A stretch of DNA of 63,987 nt, filler included, from Chiloscyllium plagiosum (GCF_004010195.1; 12 parts of 12 records of this genome joined end to end with filler, not necessarily neighbours in it), one strand, 5' to 3'; numbered from the whole stretch's first letter, positions 50,311 through 62,414 are shown. Numbers and translations: made by a program. The notes: generated from the letters alone by a model not told the origin.

Positions 50311-52959
50311 CAGACGATCATATTCCTGTTCAATTCCAACGAATAAATACAAAATAACCGAGACTGAATTTGGGATGATATTAACAGAATTTATTTTGAT
50401 CTAAGCATGAATGGATTATTTTGACATTACAGGTGGAGAGATTCACTTCCTGAAAAAGCAGCACAAGTGATATAAGCTGGCACCAAACCGAGTTTGGTTA
50501 ATACTGAGGCAAATATACAGCATACAGTATTGAGTGAAATTAATAAAGAAACTATCTTAACCCCGGAACAAGATATAGTGTATTAAATATGAACAAAGAC
50601 ACAAGTATTTTAGGATGTAATAGAAAAGTAATTTATAGTATATTGAAATGCAAACAGAGATGTGAATTTGTGTCTCTACATTCTTCCTAGCTAAATTAAT
50701 CATTTCAGAAATGCCTTTGTTAATTTTCATGTATCACCTCGTCGGTCCACTCCACGAACCTTGCTAGGTCCTTGTTAAATTCTGAACCATCAGGCGATGG
50801 TTCACAGTGGTTGCGAGTTTCATATTACAGCAAATTGTGATGTTGTCCAGAGAGTCAGGTGGATTTTATTGATATCATTGAACCGAATGCTTGGAATATT
50901 TCCGGTATGAATCATGCGAATTAGAGCCTCTGAAAGAGACAAAGTAGGAAAGATGAATTTCGGAAAAATGAAGTTTTCACGTCAGAGAGAGATCACTTCG
51001 CCCATCATACCTGTATCACTTGAAAACAGAACCTGCCAGCCAACACCCACTTTATAGCATGTTGTCCATAACCCTGCAGGTGATAGCACTTGAAGTAAAC
51101 ATTCGGGAATATTGTGTAGGGTCTAATCCATTATCAACATAGATATGATCTCCAATACTGTAGGTCCTGGCTGATGGGGAAAAAGTAGGGGCAGAACTTA
51201 TCAATATTCAAACAGTTGGTACAGCCCTGAGGAGCTAATAGACCCATTTCTAAACGTTGTTTCTCAGGACATTTTGACAATTTTTGACTTAATAGCATTG
51301 TAAACTTACATGAAAAAAAATGCAGACCTGTTCCCCAGAAATGCTGACAGCAACATACCTTTACTCAGTTAAGATCAGCAACATGAATTAAGAAAGTTTT
51401 TAAAAATCTTTCTTTTAACTAATTATTGACAACACAGATTTCACAAAGTGAAAAGTACAGAAGGGAAGGGTGGAGGGGTAGGTATGTACGATGTTCACTT
51501 GTGAGAAACAAAGCTCACACACTTCAATAGTTTCAGTCCAAGACAAAATCTGAATCCGTAGTGCCCTTTATTTGACTCTTGCAAGAGGGTGTGATGTCCA
51601 CTGTCGACAAGGCAGGGACATACACACTGAATTTAACTAATACACAATATTTATGTAATTTTGTTTTTTTTTATATCCTATTGCTCCTCCCAGTTTGCAT
51701 CTTCCACTTCCCTAAGACCAGCACCCATTACTCCTGTTTATCTCTTGCCTTATCCGGCCTTGTCTGTGAGAAAATGCTTAATTCTGGTCTCACAAGGCCG
51801 TTTGACCTCATCCCGCTGTGGGTCATTGTTAGGCATATCCTTTCTTCATCATTATCTACTCCCTCCATTTGTGCCTTCCCCTACCAGACTGATCCTTATG
51901 ACCCTTTTAATTGGGGTTTGTTCCAGTGTTTCTGTAAAAGTGGGAAACAGATGTTTATACCTACTGTTTGTACAGGCGTATCTAGCATAATTCGCTCCCC
52001 TCGCAGCATCTTATCTATTCGTCTGTAATATCTACCATTGTTTTGCAGTCACGTTTCATTCTTGCATACAATTTTAGCTAATACAAAACAATTATGTTGG
52101 GCCGAAGGGCCTGTTTCCACACTGTAAAGTAATCTAATCTAATCTAATTATGTATTTCCTCCATGTAGTTTCCATTCTTGTTGACTCAGCTCTTGGCTGA
52201 AACAATTACACACTGGTGTGAGTTCATTTACTTTGTATAAGTAATTATAATTGCAGAAATAACACTACTTTACCTATATCCCACACACTGTTCCCTGATA
52301 TCTGGTTGCATTTGTGAGCAACAGATGAACCTGCGAACCACATTCAGGATGGTACTGCAGGTATTTCGGCAGATACTGTGTACACGGAATTCTCCCATAA
52401 ATCAGCAATGGCATGAACATGTATTTTTTATGGTGTTTGAAGCCAAATAAAATTGAACAATNNNNNNNNNNNNNNNNNNNNNNNNNNNNNNNNNNNNNNN
52501 NNNNNNNNNNNNNNNNNNNNNNNNNNNNNNNNNNNNNNNNNNNNNNNNNNNNNNNNNNNNNNNNNNNNNNNNNNNNNNNNNNNNNNNNNNNNNNNNNNNN
52601 NNNNNNNNNNNNNNNNNNNNNNNNNNNNNNNNNNNNNNNNNNNNNNNNNNNNNNNNNNNNNNNNNNNNNNNNNNNNNNNNNNNNNNNNNNNNNNNNTTTT
52701 GTTTGATAAAATAATTCATCGTAGACTTCCTCAGAGTAACTCATGTCAACAAACTTGTTTTTTTTTTGTGTGTGTGTGTGGAGAAACACACGGAATGTTA
52801 CTTTATTACGATTGATGTGAACCATTTGCATTTCAGAAGTTATTTGAAAACGTCCATCGCATTAGATACGCGAATAAATTTTACAAATCATTGATCAAAG
52901 GGAACAATGTTTTTTGGACTCAAGGAAGATCCACAGTGATATTTTGTAAATGTTTGGAG

Positions 52960-53295
52960 CTGGGATTATTTTCAATGTTTGACCCAGACATTCCCTATGG
53001 TGAGGGATTTCAACAATAGGGAACATGTTTTTACAATGAGAGGAGAAATTTTTTTAAAAAGATATCAGAGACAACCTTTTACACAGAGAATGGTTTGTGT
53101 GTGGGATGATCTGGTGGTGGATACTTACAATCTTTAGAAGACATTTGGATCAGTAAATGACTATCAAATGTTTGGAAGGATATGGGCCAAGTGTATACAT
53201 GTGGGATTAGTTTAGTTTGGGATTATGACTGGCATGGACTGGTTGGACCGAAGGGTCTGTAACCATGCTGTATCACTCCATGACTCTATGACTAT
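52960..53295 (+). mobile_element. CR1 LINE 3' fragment
   Basis: ttttacacagagaatgg..ggaccgaagggtctgt..(gactctat) tail. Confidence 0.7.
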
Positions 53296-55253
53296 TTGTC
53301 AATTTTTCTCAATATTAAACAGTGCTCTAGTGATCCTTGAATGAGCTGTTGATGTTTAGGTTGTGTCTAAGACTCTGCGAATATTTCCTTCAATGAGAGG
53401 AGGGACTAGTTCTCCAAGTTACATAACTGAAAAATAAACTTTCCTCCAGCATTGTTGCTGAGTTGATTTGTTTCTGCGGAGGCAGTGGTTATGTTTTGCA
53501 GTTTGCTTTCCACCAACTGGTCAACAGTGAGACAAAATATCTTTGATCCACTGCAGAAACTCCACCTGCTTCCAGTAAATGAAACTGGGAACTCAAGGAC
53601 CTTTTCTGTAGTCAGCTTAATTGCTGCCAACTATTGTATCTGGCCGATTAAAGGGAAAATGAATCAACTAAAGTAAACTCCTACGAAACATACTATAGTT
53701 TCCCATTTACTCACATTGGATACATTTCACTTGGCATTTCTTCTTTAAAAAGGAAAGTCAGTGAATACAGCATTCACTGTATGACTATCAGAAAACAGGA
53801 CATTGAATGCAATGACGTTCTAGTTAGTTCAGCCTGTTTACTGAGTATCTTTAAAGCTCCTGAATATGAAGTTAATGGATTCAAAATCCCACATTGTAGT
53901 AACCTTTGTTATCATCTCAAAGTAAATTAACAAAATTGAACTGGTTCAAACTCACATCACTTGTTACACCATTCTCTGATTCAAGCATCTCATTAAAACT
54001 GAGTGAGCCCTTTATACATGGTTAACACTGGTGTAGTGTAACAGCGAATTTTTGCTGATTTTTATGAGTTAACTGTCCTGTCAGAGCGATTAGTGAGCAG
54101 AGAAATGTACTGTTTATAACCTACATTCGTGGTAATTATTACTGTAATACTCTCTAATTTGACCAAACATTCCTGATGTACCCAGACTGTTACATGCAAT
54201 GGTTTAGACGTTGAGGATTAAAAAAAAACTAATGGACTGCCTTGTTCTAGTTCATTAGATGCTCTTTCAAAAGTTTACCTTGGTGTTATGTATCATTGCG
54301 GACTCACATTTTGTTTCTCAAGCACACAGCTTTCCTCAACTATGCATTTTAGTGTCGGAGCCATTTGAAAAAAAAAGATGCAGGGAGAAACATTCTGCAA
54401 TGTAAGGAGGTGCTTCTAATCTCCAGGTCCAAACTGTTATTGACATACACTCACATTCTGAACATAATCACTTTAGACATGCTCCACATTAGGTTGCCGA
54501 AACTGAATTTAGAAACGCAGATTAGAAATGGTATGTTGTTTTGTAATGTGAGAGAGACTTTGAGTGACAGCAAAAATAAAGTCACTCATTTTGTTGGCTA
54601 ATAATATTATTGAAGTTCTTTTTAGCTTTTTCTGCTTGTGGTGGAATGTAGGATGAAAGGGAGTTAACTTCTAATTGAATATTCTAAATATAATCACTTT
54701 GGACACGCTCTGTATTCAGTTGCCTAAATTGAATTTTGAAATGTTTCGTATGAATTACATGTTATTTTGGAGTGCGTCAGAGACTTGCAGTATCCAGGGA
54801 AGAAAAGCTCAACTGTTTTATTAGCTAGTTATATGTTTGAACTTTAATTTTAGTTGTATCTGCTTGTGAATGAATGTAGAAATAAAGGGAGCTAACTTCC
54901 AGTTGAAATTTTTTTTTAAACAAAATACATGCAACTATCATGTGAAACAGACCTGAAGCTACTCAAATCTACTTCCAAAGAAACTATTCAGCAAAACTAA
55001 TATCCCAAGATGTGTATGTGTCCATGTTTAAGCAGAACCTCATGTAAAGACATGACCCCATGTTGTGTTCGGGCTGTGCAAGCTGATACCAGGATCCAGT
55101 CTCAGCCTCCAGCAGGACACCAACAGGCAGAAGCTGTAAGCCTGCCCCTTCCGATGGCCATATAAATCCTGGGCACTGGACAGTAATTCAACACTCCTGG
55201 GTCGGCTCTGTTTAGAAAGATCTTGACAGAACCGTTTCCCACAAGTTATCAGA

Positions 55254-55735
55254 ATGATTGTGTCGACAATTTTTCTCAGTTTGTTACTGACATTCTTATC
55301 ATGTGAGTGTTGTTTTTTCAAGCATCTTTTTGTGACTGTCTCAATTTTAGTCTACCGCAGGAATGTAAAAGACTCAGCCATCATTTCATCAGCATTAATG
55401 CTCATGGTTTATTTGTTTTCTTTTTTAAAGGTGTCCAGTCGGAGGTTGTTTTGACCCAGCCAGAGGCAGAGACTGGCCGTCCCGCAGGCAGCCTGAAACT
55501 GACCTGTAAAACCAGCGGGTTCAATCTTGGCAGCTACTACATGAGCTGGGTCCGACAGGTTCCCGGACAGGGTCAGGAGTGGCTGATTAGCTACTATACT
55601 TCATCCAGCAGTTACTATGCACCAGCGATTACGGGTCGATTTACTGCGTCCAAAGACACTTCAAACAACATTTTCGCGTTGGACATGGAGAACCTGAAGA
55701 TCGAAGACACCGCCGTCTATTACTGTGCAGGAGAC
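55254..55735 (+). CDS. IGHV: IgM-type VH (VH-D), open and unrearranged: leader 55254-55302, V exon 55431-55735
   Basis: [16 protein letters not shown]|[51 protein letters not shown]; TATA-like catataaat near 55160. Confidence 0.94.
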
Positions 55736-55774
55736 CACAGCGAGAGGAACCAGGGCTGGACCCATTCAAGAACA
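55736..55774 (+). promoter_or_regulatory. VH-D 23-RSS with mutated nonamer
   Basis: CACAGCG-23-TCAAGAACA (TCAAAAACA in VH-B and VH-C). Confidence 0.88.
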
Positions 55775-56134
55775 GCTTGAGGGAACATTTTGTCAATTCC
55801 ACCATAAACTGACGGTCAGTACGAGTTTTAAATGCAATTATACCAACTGCGATCTGAAGCAGACCTCAGGCTGCCTCTTACAAAACTATCAAAGAGGAAA
55901 TGTACCATTTAAACTAGCAAACTGGTGACACAATGGGACAATGTTTTGGGCATGTCATATGTACTGCTAACACTTCCATCAATTAAATGCTCGGACAAAA
56001 TGTTAGTTTTAATATATCTGACAGCTCAGGAGATCACTGCTAATTGTTTTGTCAACTATGGCATTAATTCTAAACAAGATCAGTACGAAATGGCACTTTC
56101 AAATGAAAATTGAGACCTCCAGGAAAGAACAGAG

Positions 56135-56162
56135 AATAAGTGTACTTGTCTCCATCATTGTG
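56135..56162 (-). promoter_or_regulatory. 12-RSS retained 5' of the fused DDJ block
   Basis: CACAATG-12-ACACTTATT, homologous to the D1 5' RSSs at 49101-49128 and 44185-44212. Confidence 0.85.
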
Positions 56163-56234
56163 ATACGACAGTGGGTAACTGGGGTTACCATCTTGGCTAC
56201 TGGGGCCAAGGGCCCATGGTAACAGTGACTTCAG
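56163..56234 (+). CDS. IGHJ: Pre-joined D1-D2-JH segment (V-DDJ configuration)
   Basis: D1 ATACGACAGTGGGT, then AACTGGGGT (7/9 match to the D2 core AGCTGGAGT), then JH; reads TTVGNWGYHLGYWGQGPMVTVTS with G|GTAAGA donor; no intervening RSS. Confidence 0.9.
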
Positions 56235-56883
56235 GTAAGACCCTTGAACTTTCTTAGTGACTTTTTAATAACTTTCTATTCATGTGACTAATTTCTGAAT
56301 TAAATTAAACTCAGATTTTTTGCTGAGTTTGGTTTGGTTCGGATTGATTTTTGTTCAGACTAATAATAGACTTCAGTTAAGGCTCAGCAAATAGTTACAA
56401 TGGTGATGATCGAGTCAGTTACTCGGTGTATCTCTTTTTTTGATCAGATGGGCATTCTGTGTGGCTGGGTTACTTGAAACATCTAATGTATCTTAATCAG
56501 TCAGCTATAAATAATGTTTAATGTCAGTGACATCCTGACTGTGAGTTTTATTATCAACAACAAACGCTAAGAATTCAAAGATGTTCGAGATATTACTAAA
56601 CATGATTAAAATATGCTAAAATATCATTATTCACTTCTTGAATATATGTTCTTACCCTGATTATATTTTCTCGTGTATTTTGTTAATTTTGTTGATTGCA
56701 AGCAGGNNNNNNNNNNNNNNNNNNNNNNNNNNNNNNNNNNNNNNNNNNNNTTAATTAATTAANNNNNNNNNNNNNNNNNNNNNNNNNNNNNNNNNNNNNN
56801 NNNNNNTGAAATTCAGTGCTGACAATGACCTTTGCCCTGTTCTATTTAATGTTGTGTCTCTTCTGTGGACTGTCTCCAACACT

Positions 56884-57209
56884 CTACACACATTCTGATC
56901 TCCTGATGCTCTTGCTGAGGGGAGAGGGGAGGGTCACGTGGGTGAGGGTACAGGAGAACCGAGCGTTGGATTCCCAGTCAGACCCAGAGAGGGTCAGCAG
57001 GCTGCTGACACTGTAGGTGCTGTCCGAAGCTCGCAGGTAGTTGCTGGTCTGAACCCCGTCCGAAATGACTGCACCATCCTTCCACTGCACCTCCAGCTCA
57101 TCGGGATAGAAGTGGTTGGCAAGGCACACCAGGGTGGCAGTGCTCTTGGCATTGACCTGCTCTGGGGAGGGGGGCAGCAGGGTCAGCTTGGGCTGAGAGT
57201 TTTCACGGC
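56884..57209 (-). pseudogene. IGKC: Ig kappa constant exon (Ck6) with mutated splice acceptor
   Basis: Frame open to SECV-stop, but the acceptor is tttcTG instead of tttcAG; one Lys codon deleted (WKDG). Confidence 0.88.
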
Positions 57210-58224
57210 CAGAAAGACAAGAGAAACATTTTTAATCCCTGCCATTCAAAGGGAATTCAACTCTGAACATTCACTGGCAAAACAATCCATTTGAACATTT
57301 GTAGCCAATACCTAACAAACCCCATAAAAGGACAAGGACTTTTAAAATTGCTTCTTGGGATGTGGGTGTCACTGGCAGGGACAGCATTTATTGCCCATCC
57401 CTAATTGCCCCTGAGAAGGTGATGGTGAAAGAGAAGGGACAGTTTTGGATCATTCTTTAGGGAATGAATGTGGGCAGCTGGAAGGGCTCTCAATGGGGGA
57501 GCATTTCAGTGACAGTGATCAGAACTCAGTGAGATTGAGAGGAGGGATGGAAATGGAGAACCATGGAGCAAGTGTAAAAGTTTTCATTTGGGAACAAACC
57601 ATTTTACTAAACAGGGCNNNNNNNNNNNNNNNNNNNNNNNNNNNNNNNNNNNNNNNNNNNNNNNNNNNNNNNNNNNNNNNNNNNNNNNNNNNNNNNNNNN
57701 NNNNNNNNNNNNNNNNNNNNNNNNNNNNNNNNNNNNNNNNNNNNNNNNNNNNNNNNNNNNNNNNNNNNNNNNNNNNNNNNNNNNNNNNNNNNNNNNNNNN
57801 NNNNNNNNNNNNNNNNNNNNNNNNNNNNNNNNNNNNNNNNNNNNNNNNNNNNNNNNNNNNNNNNNNNNNNNNNNNNNNNNNNNNNNNNNNNNNNNNNNNN
57901 NNNNNNNNNNNNNNNNNNNNNNNNNNNNNNNNNNNNNNNNNNNNNNNNNNNNNNNNNNNNNNNNNNNNNNNNNNNNNNNNNNNNNNNNNNNNNNNNNNNN
58001 NNNNNNNNNNNNNNNNNNNNNNNNNNNNNNNNNNNNNNNNNNNNNNNNNNNNNNNNNNNNNNNNNNNNNNNNNNNNNNNNNNNNNNNNNNNNNNNNNNNN
58101 NNNNNNNNNNNNNNNNNNNNNNNNNNNNNNNNNNNNNNNNNNNNNNNNNNCTCAGGAGAAGTTATTAAAGTATCCAGACCAAGTAATAGGATCGAGAGTA
58201 TGGAAAGGATCAGGAATCGAACTT

Positions 58225-58480
58225 GAGGCACCGCAGGGTGGAATGGTAGATCAGTGGGTAGCACTGCTGACTCACAGCTCCGGAGACACAGACTCAATTC
58301 CAACTGACTGTCTGTGTGGAGTTTACACATTCTCCCCGTGTCTACTTGGGTTTCCTCCCATTATCACAAAGAAGTGTAGGTTAGGAGGATTATCCGTGGG
58401 TATTGTAGGGTGGGTGGGATGCTTTTTGAAGGGTCAGTCTGGGCTGAATGGCCTGCTTCCACGCTGTAGGGATTCTGTGA
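58225..58480 (+). mobile_element. Degenerate HE1/V-SINE
   Basis: tgtgtggagtttacacattctccccgtgtct core. Confidence 0.7.
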
Positions 58481-58519
58481 TTTCTAAAGGAGATAACTAT
58501 GAGAAGGAGGCGGTCAGTA

Positions 58520-59571
58520 CATGACTGAGGGTGTTGTACTTCGATGCATCGAGTATATGAAACGAGGTAAATGAGCCTGTAGTGCAGGGACGTGGCTGCA
58601 AGGGGATCAGGGCTGGGAACTAAATATCCAGGGATGCACATCTTATTGAAAGGAAATGCAGGGGGATAGAGTGTCAAGTGTGAAGGAGGAACTGAAGGTA
58701 ATCCTGGTTAGTCGGGAAATGGTCTTGGAGAAGCTGATGCTATCAAAACTTAATATGTCCCCAGGGTCTGATGCTCTGCAACTGAGTCCTTCTGAAAGTG
58801 GGTGTAGAAATAGGGTTCACATTGGTGATCATTTTCTGGCATTCTGTCGACTCTGACAGAGTTCCAATGGATGAGACAGTATCCACTGTAACCCCACTTT
58901 TTAATAAAAGGAGGGAGAGTGAAAATGAGGAATTATACATGAGGAAAACACCGGAATCAGTTCTTAAAGATGTAATAATCGAGCTTTGGAAAGCAGTGAC
59001 AGGATCAGTCTAAGTCAGCATGGATTTACGAAAGGGAAATCAGGCCTGACACATCTTCCGAAAGGTTTTGAGGATGTGATCAGTTGAGAGTGGACAAGAC
59101 TGAATCAGTGGACAACAAAAATAAAAATTGATGAAAAATTTTGGCAGATCTGGCAGTATCTGTGGAGAACAATCGAAGTTAGAGTTTCGGATTGAGTGAC
59201 CCTCCTTCAGAATTCAGTGGATAGTGTGTATCTGGAATTTCAAAAGGCTTTTGACAAGGTCCCATACAAGAGATTAGTGAGTTACATTAAATCTCATGGT
59301 ATTTGAGGTAATGTATTGACATGGAGGGAGAACCCATTGGCAGATAGAAAGCAGAGAGTTGGAATAAATGGGTCCTTCTCAGAGTGGCAGGCAGTGATGA
59401 GTGGGGTACCGCAGGGTTCAGTGCTGGGACCCCAGCTGTTCACAATATTGATAAACGATATGGGCAAAGGAATTGAATGCAATCCCTGCAAACTTGCAGA
59501 TGTCACGAAGCTGGGTGACAGTGTGTGGTGTGAGGAGAATGCTAAGAGGCTGCAGGGTTAATTGGACAAGT
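58520..59571 (+). mobile_element. CR1 LINE ORF2 fragments
   Basis: YLEFQKAFDKVP; RKQRVGINGSFSEWQAVMSGVPQGSVLGPQLFTILIND..LADVTKLG. Confidence 0.88.
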
Positions 59572-59671
59572 NNNNNNNNNNNNNNNNNNNNNNNNNNNNN
59601 NNNNNNNNNNNNNNNTTAATTAATTAANNNNNNNNNNNNNNNNNNNNNNNNNNNNNNNNNNNNNNNNNNNN

Positions 59672-60105
59672 TCTGAAGCCCTCCCTCCTACACCAGCCTT
59701 GCAACCACGTGTTCAACTGCACTCTCTCCCTATTCTTTGCCTCACTGTCACGTGGCACCGGCAACAACCCAGAGATGACGACTCGGTCTGTCCTAGCTTT
59801 TAGAACACACACCCACTCAAATACTAATCACTTACCTTCCCGCCCAGCTATGCGCTCCAACCTCACTTCCGCTGCTCCCACTCAAATGACCGTTGGTGAT
59901 TAAAGGGTGAGTATTTATACTCACAGTTCTCCTTCCCGGCTGCCCCTCTGTTTGCCGTCACTTCCTCTGCTGCTCCCGCTCTTTTTGTGAAGAGAGGAAA
60001 AAAAAACACCGCTGCCCGCTACAGGTAAGTAATTTTGAAACAAACTGTCTTACCTTAGCTGTAGTCTCCCGGGTTCGCCTTTACTCGGCCGCTGCTCCCA
60101 CTCAA
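59672..60105 (-). mobile_element. CR1 ORF1 esterase (SGNH-type) fragment plus repeated, probably 5'-end, pieces
   Basis: ARTDRVVISGLLPVPRDSEAKNRERVQLNTWLQGWCRREGFR; gctgctcccactcaaa repeated at 59871 and 60091. Confidence 0.75.
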
Positions 60106-60114
60106 AAAAAAAGT

Positions 60115-60723
60115 CAGAGTATCGAATACAAGAGTTGGGAGGTCATGTTGTGGCTGTGCAGGACATTGGTTAGGTCACTTTTGGAATGTTGTGTGTAAAT
60201 CTGGTCTCCCTCTTATCGGAAAGAAGCTGTGAATCTTGAAAGGGGTCAGAAAAGATTTATAAGAATGTTACCAGGGTTGTTGGGTTTTATTTTAGGAATG
60301 GGGTGAGGCTGAACAGGCTGGGCTGTTTTCCCTGGAGTGTCAGAGGCTGAGGGGTGACCTTATAGAGGTTTATAAATCATGAGTGGCACGGATAGAGTAA
60401 ATGGACAAGGCATTTTCCCTGGGGTGGGGGAGTCCAGAACTCGGTTTAGGGTGAGAAGGGAAAGATTTGAAAGGGACCTGAGGGGAAACCTGAGTGTGGT
60501 TTATACATGGAATGAACTGCCAGAGGAAGTGTTGCAGGTTGGTACAATTACAACATTGGAAGGACATTTGGATGAGTATATGAATAGGAAGGATTTACAG
60601 AGATATGCGCCAAGTGCTGGCAAATGGGACGAGATTAGTTTAGTATATCTGGTCGATATGGATGAGTTGGACCAAAGGGTTTGTTTCTGTGCTGTCCATC
60701 TCTATGATTATGAGACTCTATGA
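60115..60723 (+). mobile_element. CR1 LINE 3' end
   Basis: VGESRTR..ERFERDLRGN..WNELPEEV..KWD; (ctatga) tail. Confidence 0.88.
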
Positions 60724-61209
60724 AATGCAGCAAAGCTGAGACACACATCTACAGACATTACTGGGTAACAGTCACATCCACACTCAGAGACATGCACCTA
60801 CAGACAGTACTGGGTAACAGTCACACCCACACCGGGTCATGTATGCTTTGAGATCCTGACTGATCCTCTCTCAGAACGAAGACCTCACTCAGTTCAGTTT
60901 TGAGCTGTCACTGAGTAACAGGCTAAGGTGGGACAAATGAATATAATACCTGAAGCCTCCAGTGTCTGTGATTGGCCACAGCTCATTTCAAATGTTACCC
61001 AGCATCAGCAGAGAGGGCACAGTGCGATCCCACCAGCTGGGTCTGGACAGAGTGAAGAGGGAATGCCTCAGATTGGAATAATTGAGTCCCAGCAGCTTTC
61101 AGTTTCTGGTGTGTTTAAAATCTTGCAAACGTGACAGATTCCAGATCGAAGGGATCATTTGAAAGTGATTGATGATTGGCTCCCAATGTGTCATTGATTG
61201 ACCATCCAA

Positions 61210-61326
61210 GGGCTCATGCCCGAAACGTCGATTCTCCTGTTCCTTGGATGCTGCCTGACCTGCTGCGCTTTTCCAGCAACACATTTTCAGCTCTGATCTC
61301 CAGCATCTGCAGCCCTCACTTTCTCC
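61210..61326 (+). mobile_element. Short Penelope-pLTR-derived insertion with 11-bp TSD
   Basis: TSD tgaccatccaa at 61199-61209 and 61327-61337; begins in hammerhead stem II: GGGC-tcat-GCCC-GAAA-CGTC. Confidence 0.8.
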
Positions 61327-62052
61327 TGACCATCCAATCAGCCAATCAGGACCATCATTTGCTGAAACGTAGCCAATCAACTGAGACTGAGGCAGTCTAT
61401 CGCGAAAGCAAACACGAGACAGAGACTGAACCTTCTTCATCTTTATTCCCTTTTCCAGATTGACATGAACAGAAAACAGACTGCAATTAACAGCATAACA
61501 GAGGAAGCTGCTCGAATTCACAGCCACAATGGANNNNNNNNNNNNNNNNNNNNNNNNNNNNNNNNNNNNNNNNNNNNNNNNNNNNNNNNNNNNNNNNNNN
61601 NNNNNNNNNNNNNNNNNNNNNNNNNNNNNNNNNNNNNNNNNNNNNNNNNNNNNNNNNNNNNNNNNNNNNNNNNNNNNNNNNNNNNNNNNNNNNNNNNNNN
61701 NNNNNNNNNNNNNNNNNNNNNNNNNNNNNNNNNNNNNNNNNNNNNNNNNNNNNNNNNNNNNNNNNNNNNNNNNNNNNNNNNNNNNNNNNNNNNNNNNNNN
61801 NNNNNNNNNNNNNNNNNNNNNNNNNNNNNNNNNNNNNNNNNNNNNNNNNNNNNNNNNNNNNNNNNNNNNNNNNNNNNNNNNNNNNNNNNNNNNNNNNNNN
61901 NNNNNNNNNNNNNNNNNNNNNNNNNNNNNNNNNNNNNNNNNNNNNNNNNNNNNNNNNNNNNNNNNNNNNNNNNNNNNNNNNNNNNNNNNNNNNNNNNNNN
62001 NNNNNNNNNNNNNNNNNNNNNNNNNNNNNNNNNNNNNNNNNNNNNNNNNNNN

Positions 62053-62206
62053 TCCGAAATGACTGCACCATCCTTCTTCCACTGCACCTCCAGCTCATCG
62101 GGATAGAAGTGATTGGCAAGGCACACCAGGGTGGCAGTGCCCTTGGCATTGACCTGCTCTGGGGAAGGGGGCAGCAGGGGCAGCTTGAGCTGGGAGTTCT
62201 CACAGC
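62053..62206 (-). CDS. IGKC: Ig kappa constant exon 5' part (Ck7); remainder in a gap
   Basis: Intact acceptor; CENSQLKLPLLPPSPEQVNAKGTATLVCLANHFYPDELEVQWKKDGAVIS is open; status of the rest unknown. Confidence 0.9.
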
Positions 62207-62414
62207 CTGAAAGACAAGAGAAACGATTTTAATCCCTGCCATTTGAAGGGAATTCAATTCACAGAACATTCACTGGTAAAATGTTTGAACATTTGTATCC
62301 AATCCTGACAAAATAATTTAACTGTTTAAGTTGCTTCTTGGGACGTGAGTGTCACTGGCAGGGCCAGCATTTATTGCCCCTGTGAGGGTGATGGTGAAAG
62401 AGGAGGGACAGTTT

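Noticed and set aside
56163-57209. VH-DDJ spliced to the neighbouring kappa C exon as a hybrid receptor
   Set aside because: Opposite strands, separated by an artificial linker, and the Ck6 acceptor is mutated
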